From IMG/VR virus record IMGVR_UViG_2574180019_000010, positions 1 through 39,851 of that record: 39,851 bases of DNA. One strand, written 5' to 3'. Below are positions 19,757 to 27,840 of this stretch, in pieces (the first letter of the stretch is position 1; each line of letters begins with the position of its first letter). Made by a program: the position numbers and the translations under genes. The DNA comes from a virus (taxonomy: Duplodnaviria; Heunggongvirae; Uroviricota; Caudoviricetes). Under the pieces are notes generated by a model, which did not search any database, had not been told where the DNA came from, and was given only the letters and a program-made list of their open reading frames with translations.

Positions 19757-20471
19757 TGAGGTCACGCTCTCCATTGCCATCATCAATACCTGCATCACGG
19801 CGAAGACGATCAGCCTCCAGAGACACCTTATCAGTGGCGGCCTTGCGGTAGGCTGTATCAGCAAATATTTTTCCTACCGTCGCAAGCGTGCCAACGATGG
19901 ACTCAATACGAACTGTATTGCGCATCATTGCTTTCTCGGCGGCGCTGATATTTTCCATCAGCATCTTCCTTTCCTGGTCCCCATTAGCATCTTCCAGCGA
20001 CACCAGCCACCGACCGATATTCTCTGCAGCGACAAGGTTGTTAGCACGAAGGCGAAATAATTCGTCCTCGAGCGTCAACGCTTTAGCGTCCTCTATCACC
20101 TCATCTTTGAGCAGAAGGCGACGGGCATAACCACCGTGTTTTAATGCCTGTTGGTTACCGGGTTGGAATGGGTTAGTCGGGGGATCGGTACGCATTCCGC
20201 GTATCGGTTTCGTATCCAGTGTAGGTTCTGTTTTTAGTTGCGTACCTTTTTGTGTAAGGCCAGTAATGGCAGGCTTTCTGCTGGTACGCACTTTTCTTTT
20301 TTGCGTACCATTTTTGCAAACCTGCGTACCGCCACTGCGTACCCAACCAAGCTTTTTGGCCCTCTTCCTGATAGCCCCTTCTGTAACGCCGTATTTCTCG
20401 CCTATATCACGGAGGCTAAGGACTCCGGCCCGGTATGCCGATTCGATGGCCTCCCAGTCCGGTTTTGCCAT
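19722..20471 (-). CDS. Terminase small subunit
   Basis: 249 aa; N-terminal HTH-like segment; directly upstream of the large subunit; contains repeated TGCGTACC octamers. Confidence 0.6.
   Translation of the reverse strand: MAKPDWEAIESAYRAGVLSLRDIGEKYGVTEGAIRKRAKKLGWVRSGGTQVCKNGTQKRKVRTSRKPAITGLTQKGTQLKTEPTLDTKPIRGMRTDPPTNPFQPGNQQALKHGGYARRLLLKDEVIEDAKALTLEDELFRLRANNLVAAENIGRWLVSLEDANGDQERKMLMENISAAEKAMMRNTVRIESIVGTLATVGKIFADTAYRKAATDKVSLEADRLRRDAGIDDGNGERDLNDFYSDIQTDA
20239..20343. repeat. Five copies of octamer TGCGTACC (four direct, one inverted) inside the small terminase gene; candidate pac site
   Basis: Copies at 20239-20246, 20283-20290 (inverted), 20302-20309, 20323-20330, 20336-20343; impose GTQ repeats on the protein. 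Confidence 0.4.
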
Positions 20472-20528
20472 GAATTTTTCCTCTTAGTGACATTATCGAA
20501 GCCCCTTATCAAAGGAGCTTCTGTAATG

Positions 20529-20714
20529 TCAGTCCCGAACAAACGTAACCTTCGTGTTTGTCGCTCGCCTTACAAGGCGCGCCGCTTCGCGTTGCATTTC
20601 ATCGATAACTTTTTGCGTCATCGGCTGATGCGCATATTTACGTTCAATCTCTGCAAAAATCCCGTTCATCGTTTCGCTGTCTGGTGGGATAACTTCAACG
20701 TTTAATCGTGCCAT
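20529..20714 (-). CDS. Hypothetical small protein
   Basis: ORF between spanin and terminase genes; start uncertain (TTG 20741 or ATG 20714); no clear SD. Confidence 0.3.
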   Translation of the reverse strand: MARLNVEVIPPDSETMNGIFAEIERKYAHQPMTQKVIDEMQREAARLVRRATNTKVTFVRD

Positions 20715-20973
20715 TGGTTTGTGCTGCCCTGTTTTTCTCAAAAGTCCTGATATCGGCCTTATCCCTGTTGCACTGTGCTAACGCTGACAACAACGCAACA
20801 TTCAGGTTAAGGCTGGCTCCCCACGTAAACGGGTCGGGTAAATCTGGCTGGGGTGTTTCATCCGTCAGACTGGCTGGTAACGGAACGACCGGCACCGACA
20901 CGTATACCGTTCGCGTATTCGTGCAACCGCTTAACTGCGCCAGAAGGAACGATACGAACAGCACAATCATCAT
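20695..20973 (-). CDS. o-spanin, Rz1-like outer-membrane lipoprotein
   Basis: Alternate frame overlapping the Rz 3' end; signal MMIVLFVSFLLAQLSGC with lipobox; Pro-rich mature part. Confidence 0.5.
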   Translation of the reverse strand: MMIVLFVSFLLAQLSGCTNTRTVYVSVPVVPLPASLTDETPQPDLPDPFTWGASLNLNVALLSALAQCNRDKADIRTFEKNRAAQTNGTIKR

Positions 20974-21250
20974 CCGCAACAGCCACTTTGATATCTTCCT
21001 GGGTTCTCTGTGACTCCAGTGCGATCTGCTGTTTTGCATGCTGGTTAGCCTCTATAACTGTATTGATGATTTGCAGTGATTGCAGGACGTTACTGGTAAT
21101 GGCTGTTGCAGATTCAGCATTTCGTACAGCCTCATCAGCACGCTCCTTTTCGTGTTGATATTTGCTGTAGTAATGCCCGGCAGACCAGATAAAAGAACCG
21201 ATGACGGTAACAAAGAAGGCAACAATAACCAGCTTATATCTCAGCTTCAT
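20858..21250 (-). CDS. i-spanin, Rz-like
   Basis: 130 aa; N-terminal TM then coiled-coil-like sequence; directly after the endolysin. Confidence 0.55.
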   Translation of the reverse strand: MKLRYKLVIVAFFVTVIGSFIWSAGHYYSKYQHEKERADEAVRNAESATAITSNVLQSLQIINTVIEANQHAKQQIALESQRTQEDIKVAVADDDCAVRIVPSGAVKRLHEYANGIRVGAGRSVTSQSDG

Positions 21251-21710
21251 TTACCACCCCACCAGCTTCTTTAAATCGGGAAATCAGGTCACCGATTCTA
21301 TGTTCATACTGACCGTAACCTGCACCAGGTAACGACGCCCAGATATTGCTGCAACGGTCGATTGCCTGACGAATATCGCCGCGGTCAATCATCGGTAAAG
21401 CGCCACGCTCTTTAATCTGCTGCAGCGCTACAGCATCCTGGCTTTCTGGAGAAAAATCTTTCAGACCAAGTTGCTTGCGGTAGGCATCCCACCAGCGTGA
21501 AAGAAGCTGGTAACGTCCGGCGGCTGTTGATTTGAGTTTCGGATTTAGCGTGACAAGTTTGCGAGGGTGATCGGAGTAATCAGTGAACAGTTCGCCACCA
21601 ACAATAACATCATAACCGTGGTTACGTGTCGGTTGTCGCCCGTTATCCGTTCCTTCTGACCATGCCACCATATCAAGGAAAGCTTTACGCTGGGAATTAA
21701 GTGTCTGCAT
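21234..21710 (-). CDS. R: Endolysin, lambda R-like lytic transglycosylase
   Basis: 158 aa; QRKAFLDM.AWSEGTDNGRQ.TRNHGYDVIVGGELFTDYSDHPR closely matches recalled lambda R. Confidence 0.8.
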   Translation of the reverse strand: MQTLNSQRKAFLDMVAWSEGTDNGRQPTRNHGYDVIVGGELFTDYSDHPRKLVTLNPKLKSTAAGRYQLLSRWWDAYRKQLGLKDFSPESQDAVALQQIKERGALPMIDRGDIRQAIDRCSNIWASLPGAGYGQYEHRIGDLISRFKEAGGVVNEAEI

Positions 21711-21713
21711 TAA

Positions 21714-22055
21714 TTACTCCTTATGGGCACCGAACTTGTTACCGATGACCCTCATTGCCGCACCACGAATAGCATCAACACCAATCAGCCCCACCCCACC
21801 ACCAATGGCAACAGAAAGTGATTTAGGCCATCCGACATACTCAAGCGCGGATGCAAAGGTCAGCGTCAGAGCACCACAAAGCAGAATCTCAAGCGTTTTT
21901 CGTTTCCAGCCGCCGCCACCGCCAAAATAGGCAATGCGCAAACCAGCCATAATAATTGACATAACCACTGCGCCCAGCGGCGTATCTCCACGCCACCAAC
22001 TTTGTAAGAGTTCCAGTAAGTCAGGCCAGGAATGAGGGGCATTGTGCATTTTCAT
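21714..22055 (-). CDS. Holin with dual-start motif (antiholin/holin)
   Basis: M-K-M start (ATG 22055 and 22049) with SD GGAGGTGA; multiple TM segments; directly upstream of the endolysin. Confidence 0.6.
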   Translation of the reverse strand: MKMHNAPHSWPDLLELLQSWWRGDTPLGAVVMSIIMAGLRIAYFGGGGGWKRKTLEILLCGALTLTFASALEYVGWPKSLSVAIGGGVGLIGVDAIRGAAMRVIGNKFGAHKE

Positions 22056-22272
22056 AAGCCTCACCTCCGAGAGTTCGGATGGTGCTAAGTGTAAGATTCA
22101 GGCTCTCAGTCTTGCTAACAAGAAGTCGAGGATGTTTCCGGAGCCTAACAACGAAAAAGCCCCGGGACATGCCGGGGCCAGATGGAGTGCCAGATTAAGC
22201 TTCTGGCGGTATATACTCGTGTTTGATATCGTTAAATCGCCAAAAGTAACAATTCAAACAAAGAGGATTTTT

Positions 22273-22434
22273 ATGTCTGAAAAAAACAAGCCACAAGGTG
22301 AAAATAAACCTCAGCAACCCGTGGCACCAAAACCAACTCCAACACAAAGTACTGCAGACTTTGCTACACGTCGTGTTTTTGTTGGAGATTCTGCCGACTC
22401 AGTCATTGAACATATAAAAAAACAGCCGAGATAA
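22273..22434 (+). CDS. Small 53-aa protein convergent with the membrane moron gene
   Basis: ATG 22273 with SD AAGAGGA; 3' end overlaps the 22403-22972 gene by 32 nt. Confidence 0.35.
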   Translation: MSEKNKPQGENKPQQPVAPKPTPTQSTADFATRRVFVGDSADSVIEHIKKQPR

Positions 22435-22972
22435 ACATCGCCGCTACCGGAGCAAGGATGGTATACATCCTTGCTTTATCGAGACTCGTGCGGATTTTCT
22501 CATTTTCCAACAGTAACTCTCTTGCTGTATCACTCAAGTCAACAAGGCGATACCTTCGTATAAGCGGCAATAACTTATCAGGTCCTAAATATCCTGCATC
22601 AGCGAATATTTTAAAGCTCGAGGGCTCCATATCCTTATATTTTTCATGATATAGATGATCAGGAGGGGCATTGATCAGGCCCCTAACCTTCACAGATAAA
22701 CCAGTACATACCAAGTAAATGGCGCACCATGTCCATAGTAATGTAAATGTGGTAATTCCGGCGGTGAGAAAATCGAAATTAGTTTTCTGTGTCAGCAATA
22801 AAAAAGATGAGCCAATTCCAACAATCTGAATGTTCAGAAGTTTGTATCCATTCTCAACATTGGTTTTGTTAGAAAGATGAATCTCTCGTATCGTCTCTTC
22901 CCCTTGTTTTTCAAGATAATCGACGAGCTCATCATCTACTCCTAAAAAATAAACTTTAGGTAGTTCTCTCAT
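22403..22972 (-). CDS. Membrane protein moron, three predicted TM segments, unknown function
   Basis: ATG 22972 preceded by GGAGG; GC about 33%; between the Q-region terminator and the holin. Confidence 0.5.
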   Translation of the reverse strand: MRELPKVYFLGVDDELVDYLEKQGEETIREIHLSNKTNVENGYKLLNIQIVGIGSSFLLLTQKTNFDFLTAGITTFTLLWTWCAIYLVCTGLSVKVRGLINAPPDHLYHEKYKDMEPSSFKIFADAGYLGPDKLLPLIRRYRLVDLSDTARELLLENEKIRTSLDKARMYTILAPVAAMFISAVFLYVQ

Positions 22973-23080
22973 CTCACCTCCACATCCTGTACTGAACACA
23001 ATTTTACCAGAATGTCTCGATTCTAGGTATTCCGCCAGGAATCGCGCTTCAGAAATGAAACATCAGGTTCGCCAGTACCA

Positions 23081-23110
23081 GAAACAACAAAACCCGCTCA
23101 ATGGCGGGTT
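23081..23110 (-). terminator. Rho-independent terminator downstream of Q, tR'-like
   Basis: Stem AACCCGC / GCGGGTT (23091-23097 and 23104-23110), loop TCAATG, then TTGTTGTTT on the minus strand. Confidence 0.55.
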
Positions 23111-23193
23111 CTGGTAAAGTTCATGCGCTTGGTTCGCCTCGCGATACAGCTTTGCGAAGCGTACTGGGATTGAAGCAGTTTATGCGTAAAAAA

Positions 23194-23736
23194 TCAAGCC
23201 GTTTTTTGAGCGAATGATTCTCGCATGGGAATGTATAGCGCATACTCAGCAACGGCCAACCAATTAGCAATTCGCTTTTCGCATGTGCTAAAACACCACT
23301 CTGGGTGTGCATCATTTAGCAATTCAGCCATTTTGCGTTTGGTCATCCCCCGCCCCTCATACCGTTGCCGAAGGACGCTAATCAATCCTGGATGCTCTGC
23401 CAGCACCTCACTTATGACCCGATCAATACATAACGCCTCTGCATCAGTACAATGCGCCAGCCAGCTCTTTTGCTTACCGTTAATCATATCCCGCAAAAAA
23501 GCCTCAAGTTCAGACTTGTTCAGACCTGCTTTTTTCATCCTGCGGAGCGCCTCGTTAATTTCCGTTTTTGTCAGCTTTTTAGAGGTCAACAACTGGTTGA
23601 ACATATTCCCCGTCTTACCGCCACCAATATACGACCAGCGCCCCCACATACGCAGTTTTCCCTGAATCCAGACACTTTCCAGCGTGGTGAGACGAAGGTG
23701 TTCTCCGCTTTTTCCTGTATTCGTTGGGTAAATCAT
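23194..23736 (-). CDS. Late antiterminator, Q-like
   Basis: 180 aa from ATG 23736 with SD AAGGAAGG, ATGA overlap with the upstream gene; classic Q position. Confidence 0.45.
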   Translation of the reverse strand: MIYPTNTGKSGEHLRLTTLESVWIQGKLRMWGRWSYIGGGKTGNMFNQLLTSKKLTKTEINEALRRMKKAGLNKSELEAFLRDMINGKQKSWLAHCTDAEALCIDRVISEVLAEHPGLISVLRQRYEGRGMTKRKMAELLNDAHPEWCFSTCEKRIANWLAVAEYALYIPMRESFAQKTA

Positions 23737-24023
23737 AAATAACCTTCCTTTCTCCAGATTTCTTGTGTGCGAAAAACACCTTCTGCGTGCATCAGGCGTA
23801 ATTCTTCTTTGGTGTAATCGCTGGTTTTTACCCGCCCGTCGATTAAATCGTGGCACGAGCTACAGGCAATCGCTGCCTGCATATCGTGTGGCTTTATCGC
23901 CGTTCCGCACGTTCCCGCCAGTCGGTAATGCGCCAGCACAGACGTTTCGGGATTGTGATTGCAGTAGCCAGGGATTCTGACCTGGCACATCTGGCCCCGC
24001 GCCGCTTTACGTAAATCCACCAT
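23733..24023 (-). CDS. Conserved lambdoid protein, Cys-rich (DUF1364-like)
   Basis: 96 aa with CxxC pairs; precedes Q. Confidence 0.45.
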   Translation of the reverse strand: MVDLRKAARGQMCQVRIPGYCNHNPETSVLAHYRLAGTCGTAIKPHDMQAAIACSSCHDLIDGRVKTSDYTKEELRLMHAEGVFRTQEIWRKEGYL

Positions 24024-24622
24024 TACGCAAACTCCAGCAGCTGCACGGCCACATTTTCGACTTCCTCCGGAGAGGAAAATTTACGGAACAGGATCCAGTT
24101 CCACAGCACATTCAGTACAGATTTATAAACCTGCTGAAACTCGGTTTCGTCCATGTTCGCAAATGCGATAGATTTTGCCCTGCGCCCACGACTACCATCA
24201 GGATAAATATGCTCGGTGTAAAATCCGGCCTGAATGGTTACCCACTCGCGGAAAGCGTCAAACGACTTTAGCAATGCCGTATCCCGGGTTCTGCATGTCG
24301 CAACTGTATTAAGGTATTGCTCTGCGGCATCACTCAGGGCTGGAGTGTGTTCCCGACCTACTGATTCGCACAGGTAATCAACGAAGCCTGATACCAGTTT
24401 TCGTTCGCGAGGCGTGATCGCCCCACCGACCGGAGTCCAGTAATCGAATCCCAGTTGCAGGAGTTTGAAAAAACGCTTGTGGAATGCGTAGTTACGCACA
24501 CGCTTAAAGTCTGCGTGTATCCACTCACCTATTTTGATTTGATGCAAAAAATCGCAACTCTCCGGCGTCGCCGGGAGAAGTAATCCGGAAGAGGTTTGTT
24601 TGACCAGTTGTATATGCGCCAT
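24023..24622 (-). CDS. Conserved lambdoid protein (DUF1367-like)
   Basis: 199 aa; coupled to the downstream gene. Confidence 0.45.
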   Translation of the reverse strand: MAHIQLVKQTSSGLLLPATPESCDFLHQIKIGEWIHADFKRVRNYAFHKRFFKLLQLGFDYWTPVGGAITPRERKLVSGFVDYLCESVGREHTPALSDAAEQYLNTVATCRTRDTALLKSFDAFREWVTIQAGFYTEHIYPDGSRGRRAKSIAFANMDETEFQQVYKSVLNVLWNWILFRKFSSPEEVENVAVQLLEFA

Positions 24623-24693
24623 CGTAGTTCTCCGCTGGCGCAGTAGAATGGGTGTTCAGCCCGTTATGTAGTATACCAGAATTAATGCCAATA

Positions 24694-24945
24694 CTAACAG
24701 GATGCTCTGACTCGCAATTCATCCAGCAGTTTATCATTTCCCATAATGTCACTTACCCTCATCGGTAAAAAAATTGCCTTTCGACCATTACGATACATCA
24801 TTGATTTTGGGGTTTCAGGGAAGTAATCCATTTCGACTATAACTGACAGGTCATCACGACGTATGACTGCGTATTTGCAACTAAATAGTTTCTTTATTTT
24901 TTCCACGATGCCTCCGAGTTTATAAGTACAAACGGTTATATCCAC
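24694..24945 (-). CDS. Hypothetical AT-rich orphan ORF
   Basis: GTG start without SD; AT-rich; weak coding call. Confidence 0.25.
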   Translation of the reverse strand: MDITVCTYKLGGIVEKIKKLFSCKYAVIRRDDLSVIVEMDYFPETPKSMMYRNGRKAIFLPMRVSDIMGNDKLLDELRVRASC

Positions 24946-25004
24946 ATAGAGACAAAAATATTAATCTGAAAAATATTTATTTCACGCCGTATATTTGATT
25001 ATTT

Positions 25005-25080
25005 AATGTGCAGGTACAATGACTTTTATTTTTTGTTGTGTATATAATCAAATATATGGTTATTTTTCACCCTGCACATT
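25005..25080. repeat. Perfect 10-bp inverted repeat AATGTGCAGG / CCTGCACATT flanking a 56-bp AT-rich spacer
   Basis: 25005-25014 and 25071-25080; between the hok terminator and the orphan ORF. Confidence 0.5.
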
Positions 25081-25087
25081 CAGCGCG

Positions 25088-25113
25088 CAACAAAAAACCC
25101 GCCGAAGCGGGTT
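25088..25113 (-). terminator. Rho-independent terminator of the hok transcript
   Basis: Stem AACCCGC / GCGGGTT with loop CGAA, followed by a T-run on the minus strand. Confidence 0.65.
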
Positions 25114-25181
25114 AAGTGCGGGTGCGTTGAGGATGCCTGACACATCAGAGGCGGCGGGGGATTTCTCCCTCGCCAAGTCTC

Positions 25182-25337
25182 TTACTCCTCAGGTTCGTAG
25201 ACTGTGAAGACAGCGACCTCCGTCTGGCCGGTTCGGATTCGTACCTCGCAGAGGTCTTTCCTCGTTACCAGTGCCGTCACTATGACGGTTAAACAGATGA
25301 CGATCAGGGCGATTAACATCGCCTTTTGCTGCTTCAT
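25182..25337 (-). CDS. hokD: Hok-family type I toxin, HokD/RelF-like
   Basis: 51 aa MKQQKAMLIALIVICLTVIVTALVTRKDLCEVRIRTGQTEVAVFTVYEPEE; SD AAGGAG upstream; in-frame upstream extension from ATG 25394 is mok-like. Confidence 0.7.
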   Translation of the reverse strand: MKQQKAMLIALIVICLTVIVTALVTRKDLCEVRIRTGQTEVAVFTVYEPEE

Positions 25338-25350
25338 AGCCTGCTTCTCC

Positions 25351-25460
25351 TTGCCTTTCGGCACGTAAGAGGCTAACCTAGATTTGCCGTTCATAGATTG
25401 AGCCTCAGATTAATGTTAAGCGTCTTGCAGGACGCGTAATGTTAACTGGGGCTTTTCTCT
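25351..25460 (+). ncRNA. Candidate Sok-like antisense RNA with promoter
   Basis: -35 TTGCCT (25351-25356), 17-bp spacer, -10 TAACCT (25374-25379); predicted transcript is antisense to the hok leader; no clean terminator found. Confidence 0.3.
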
Positions 25461-25548
25461 ATCTGCCTTTTGGTGTTCATGCCTGAGACAGATAGCCTCA
25501 AGCACCCGCAGCAATTTTACTTAACTCCCTTTTTCCCGCAAACCGTTT

Positions 25549-25632
25549 TTATCCCCAGCGGCAAATCGAATACACAATCAGCGCCACCGCCATTGCGATT
25601 CCTACCGTGGTGAATGCTTCAGGCCAGGTCAT
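25549..25632 (-). CDS. 27-aa hydrophobic peptide MTWPEAFTTVGIAMAVALIVYSICRWG
   Basis: ATG overlaps the TGA of the upstream 207-aa gene (ATGA); single predicted TM helix; below the ORF track size cutoff. Confidence 0.3.
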   Translation of the reverse strand: MTWPEAFTTVGIAMAVALIVYSICRWG

Positions 25633-26252
25633 CGTAAAATATCCTCCGCGTTTATCAGTCCGTTTCGCTTCAGGTAGACCATCGCCTTCTCCGGTAATTT
25701 GCAGTCCGGCTTCGCTTTCCTCAATTGGCTAACCAGTTGTTTAATCAGCATTGTTAATTCCCGTACCTGAACGCCCCCTTTGGTATCCTCATTGGTGAGG
25801 ATACCATCGCCTTTCCCCTGAAGCATGGCGGCGCAGCAGGCGTTCCATGAAATTTCCTGAAGGGAACGACGAATCTGTGTGCTGCATATACTCCTCCCTG
25901 ACTCCTGGCTGTTAAACCATGTTTCAAATTCCGGCACTACTGGTGCTGGTTGGGTGGTGACATTGGCAAAGGCTGCACGCAACCCGGCCTTAATTTCCTC
26001 TACCTCATCAGCACCTGGCGATGAATCTGACAGTGCGTGATGGAATGCGTAAGCCATGTCGTCGTTTACTGCAACTGGCTCTGCTTCAAGCGATGTCAGT
26101 GCGATTCGTGCCAGTTCTAGATCTCGTTCAACCATCTCAAGAACAACTTTGCAGTCCGCACCTTCTTTGCTAACGCGTCCTTTCACGTTTTCCAGATAAC
26201 TAACGCTTTCGCGTGCATGGGAGATTAACTGTTCTTTGGTAAAGGTGGTCAT
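25629..26252 (-). CDS. Hypothetical early-region protein
   Basis: 207 aa. Confidence 0.4.
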   Translation of the reverse strand: MTTFTKEQLISHARESVSYLENVKGRVSKEGADCKVVLEMVERDLELARIALTSLEAEPVAVNDDMAYAFHHALSDSSPGADEVEEIKAGLRAAFANVTTQPAPVVPEFETWFNSQESGRSICSTQIRRSLQEISWNACCAAMLQGKGDGILTNEDTKGGVQVRELTMLIKQLVSQLRKAKPDCKLPEKAMVYLKRNGLINAEDILR

Positions 26253-26262
26253 TTGTTACTCC

Positions 26263-26526
26263 TTAACCCGCAGTGCTTTCAACTGATGAGGGGAACAAAA
26301 TCTTTTCATCAAACCCTGCATTCATATCATGGACAGCAACACACCAATCCATTGACGAACGATTATCAAGAGCCTCCATGATTTCATCCATGCGGCGTAG
26401 GTCATACAGGTAAATGCTTTTATCGCCAATGGTGTAAAAGCCTATTTTTTTCGGTGACGGACAGCGATCAAGAACGTCCTGTAATTCGTTCAACCATGCT
26501 TGTTCTTTTTTTGTCAAAGTTGCCAT
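26263..26526 (-). CDS. Hypothetical protein
   Basis: 87 aa from ATG 26526 with SD AAGGA. Confidence 0.4.
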   Translation of the reverse strand: MATLTKKEQAWLNELQDVLDRCPSPKKIGFYTIGDKSIYLYDLRRMDEIMEALDNRSSMDWCVAVHDMNAGFDEKILFPSSVESTAG

Positions 26527-26527
26527 A

Positions 26528-26746
26528 TCAGCTTTCCTTATATGGGTTGATTTTGTTGTGCAGTGTGTTGAACGACGCCCATACCACGTCGTTATACAAT
26601 TCAATAACTGGCTCAATTACTTTTCCGATTATCCAGGCCAGTAATAGCGGGGATATCGGTATCATCAACACGATAAACAGAATGAGAAACAAAAATTCTG
26701 TCGCTCTACTTTTTCGCGGATATTCTTTTCTGAATAATGTAGTCAT
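26528..26746 (-). CDS. Small membrane protein
   Basis: 72 aa with a hydrophobic core. Confidence 0.4.
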   Translation of the reverse strand: MTTLFRKEYPRKSRATEFLFLILFIVLMIPISPLLLAWIIGKVIEPVIELYNDVVWASFNTLHNKINPYKES

Positions 26747-26778
26747 TTCTTACCGCCCTTTCGGGCGGCCTCCTGACA

Positions 26779-26991
26779 TTAATCGTTGTGATAACTCATA
26801 GCTTCATTTGCAGCATCAACTGGATCAACATCCCACCAGCAATAATTTGAGTCGGCTCCTTCAGGTGTCCACGGCTCTAATTCATTTTTTGCCGCATTCT
26901 CGTCGCCAGTAATTTTAAAAATCTGCTCAGAAAATTTCCTCACCCACTCGTTATATTTTTCCGCATTAATGGTTTTCTGTGTATTTAACAT
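26779..26991 (-). CDS. Hypothetical protein
   Basis: 70 aa; SD GGAGG upstream. Confidence 0.4.
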   Translation of the reverse strand: MLNTQKTINAEKYNEWVRKFSEQIFKITGDENAAKNELEPWTPEGADSNYCWWDVDPVDAANEAMSYHND

Positions 26992-27041
26992 AGATATACC
27001 TCCAGTTAAGGATTTGATTTTATTTACAGTGCTAAATTTAT

Positions 27042-27398
27042 TTATTCAGTTCTGGATTTTGTCGCCCTGCGTATCCGCGCTTTCGCGTTACGCTCAATCT
27101 GAATTAACTTTTCTATATTTTTCCGTCTTTCCTGTTCCTCCTGGCGCAATAGCCTTACATCATCTGCCAGTCTGGTTTCTCTTTTCGCCACAGAGAGCAT
27201 CCAGTCAAACGGCTCCACAACTGCACCGCAGATTTTACAGCGGACCTGACGCTCTTTTTCGTCAACCCGGACAGAGGCGTGATGGCAATATGGTCTTTCC
27301 GATGGCTCATAAAGAAAATTAACCTGATTACGTGGGTCATCCTCTTTTGCCGGAAATAAAACAATATTACTTAACTCATCTTCTGGTTTTATTTCCAT
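27042..27398 (-). CDS. Hypothetical protein with possible zinc-ribbon
   Basis: 118 aa from ATG 27398 with SD AAAGGAGAGGAG; CHH and CKIC motifs. Confidence 0.4.
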   Translation of the reverse strand: MEIKPEDELSNIVLFPAKEDDPRNQVNFLYEPSERPYCHHASVRVDEKERQVRCKICGAVVEPFDWMLSVAKRETRLADDVRLLRQEEQERRKNIEKLIQIERNAKARIRRATKSRTE

Positions 27399-27840
27399 AC
27401 TCCTCTCCTTTGATATGAATGCCAGCAACACGTAGTTCATGTTCTAAGTCAGCCAGATAAAGCCAGCAGCCATTTTCTTTAGGTATCATGACGTGGCGCT
27501 CATCATCATTTATCGGATGTCCATATCGAAGGCCGTAGCGAGTCGGCAAATGAACTTCCCGCGCTTCCAGCTCTTTAATGCGTTCCTCGAGTTCGTAGAC
27601 TCTGCATTGTTCTTTATCATCAATCAGATATAACCCAAGACATTCGCTTTCTACCCAGCCACCGAAATCATGATCGTAACGCTCACACGAAAACTCACCA
27701 TCGCTGTCCTTTGTTGGAATGGTGTAACTGTCTAATGGGCCGCCATACGTCGGCACATTGCCCAATTTCGGATGCTCAATCCACATGAAAAATGCACGTC
27801 CGGTTATAGGACAAATATCTGGTCGCCATTGGTTACTCAC
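27376..27840 (-). CDS. Hypothetical protein
   Basis: GTG 27840 preceded by GGAGG with 6-nt spacing, just after the upstream stop. Confidence 0.4.
   Translation of the reverse strand: MSNQWRPDICPITGRAFFMWIEHPKLGNVPTYGGPLDSYTIPTKDSDGEFSCERYDHDFGGWVESECLGLYLIDDKEQCRVYELEERIKELEAREVHLPTRYGLRYGHPINDDERHVMIPKENGCWLYLADLEHELRVAGIHIKGEEYGNKTRR

Noticed and set aside
24525-24752. Minus-strand 75-aa ORF overlapping the DUF1367-like gene start
   Set aside because: Overlaps a better-supported gene in another frame and has no SD.
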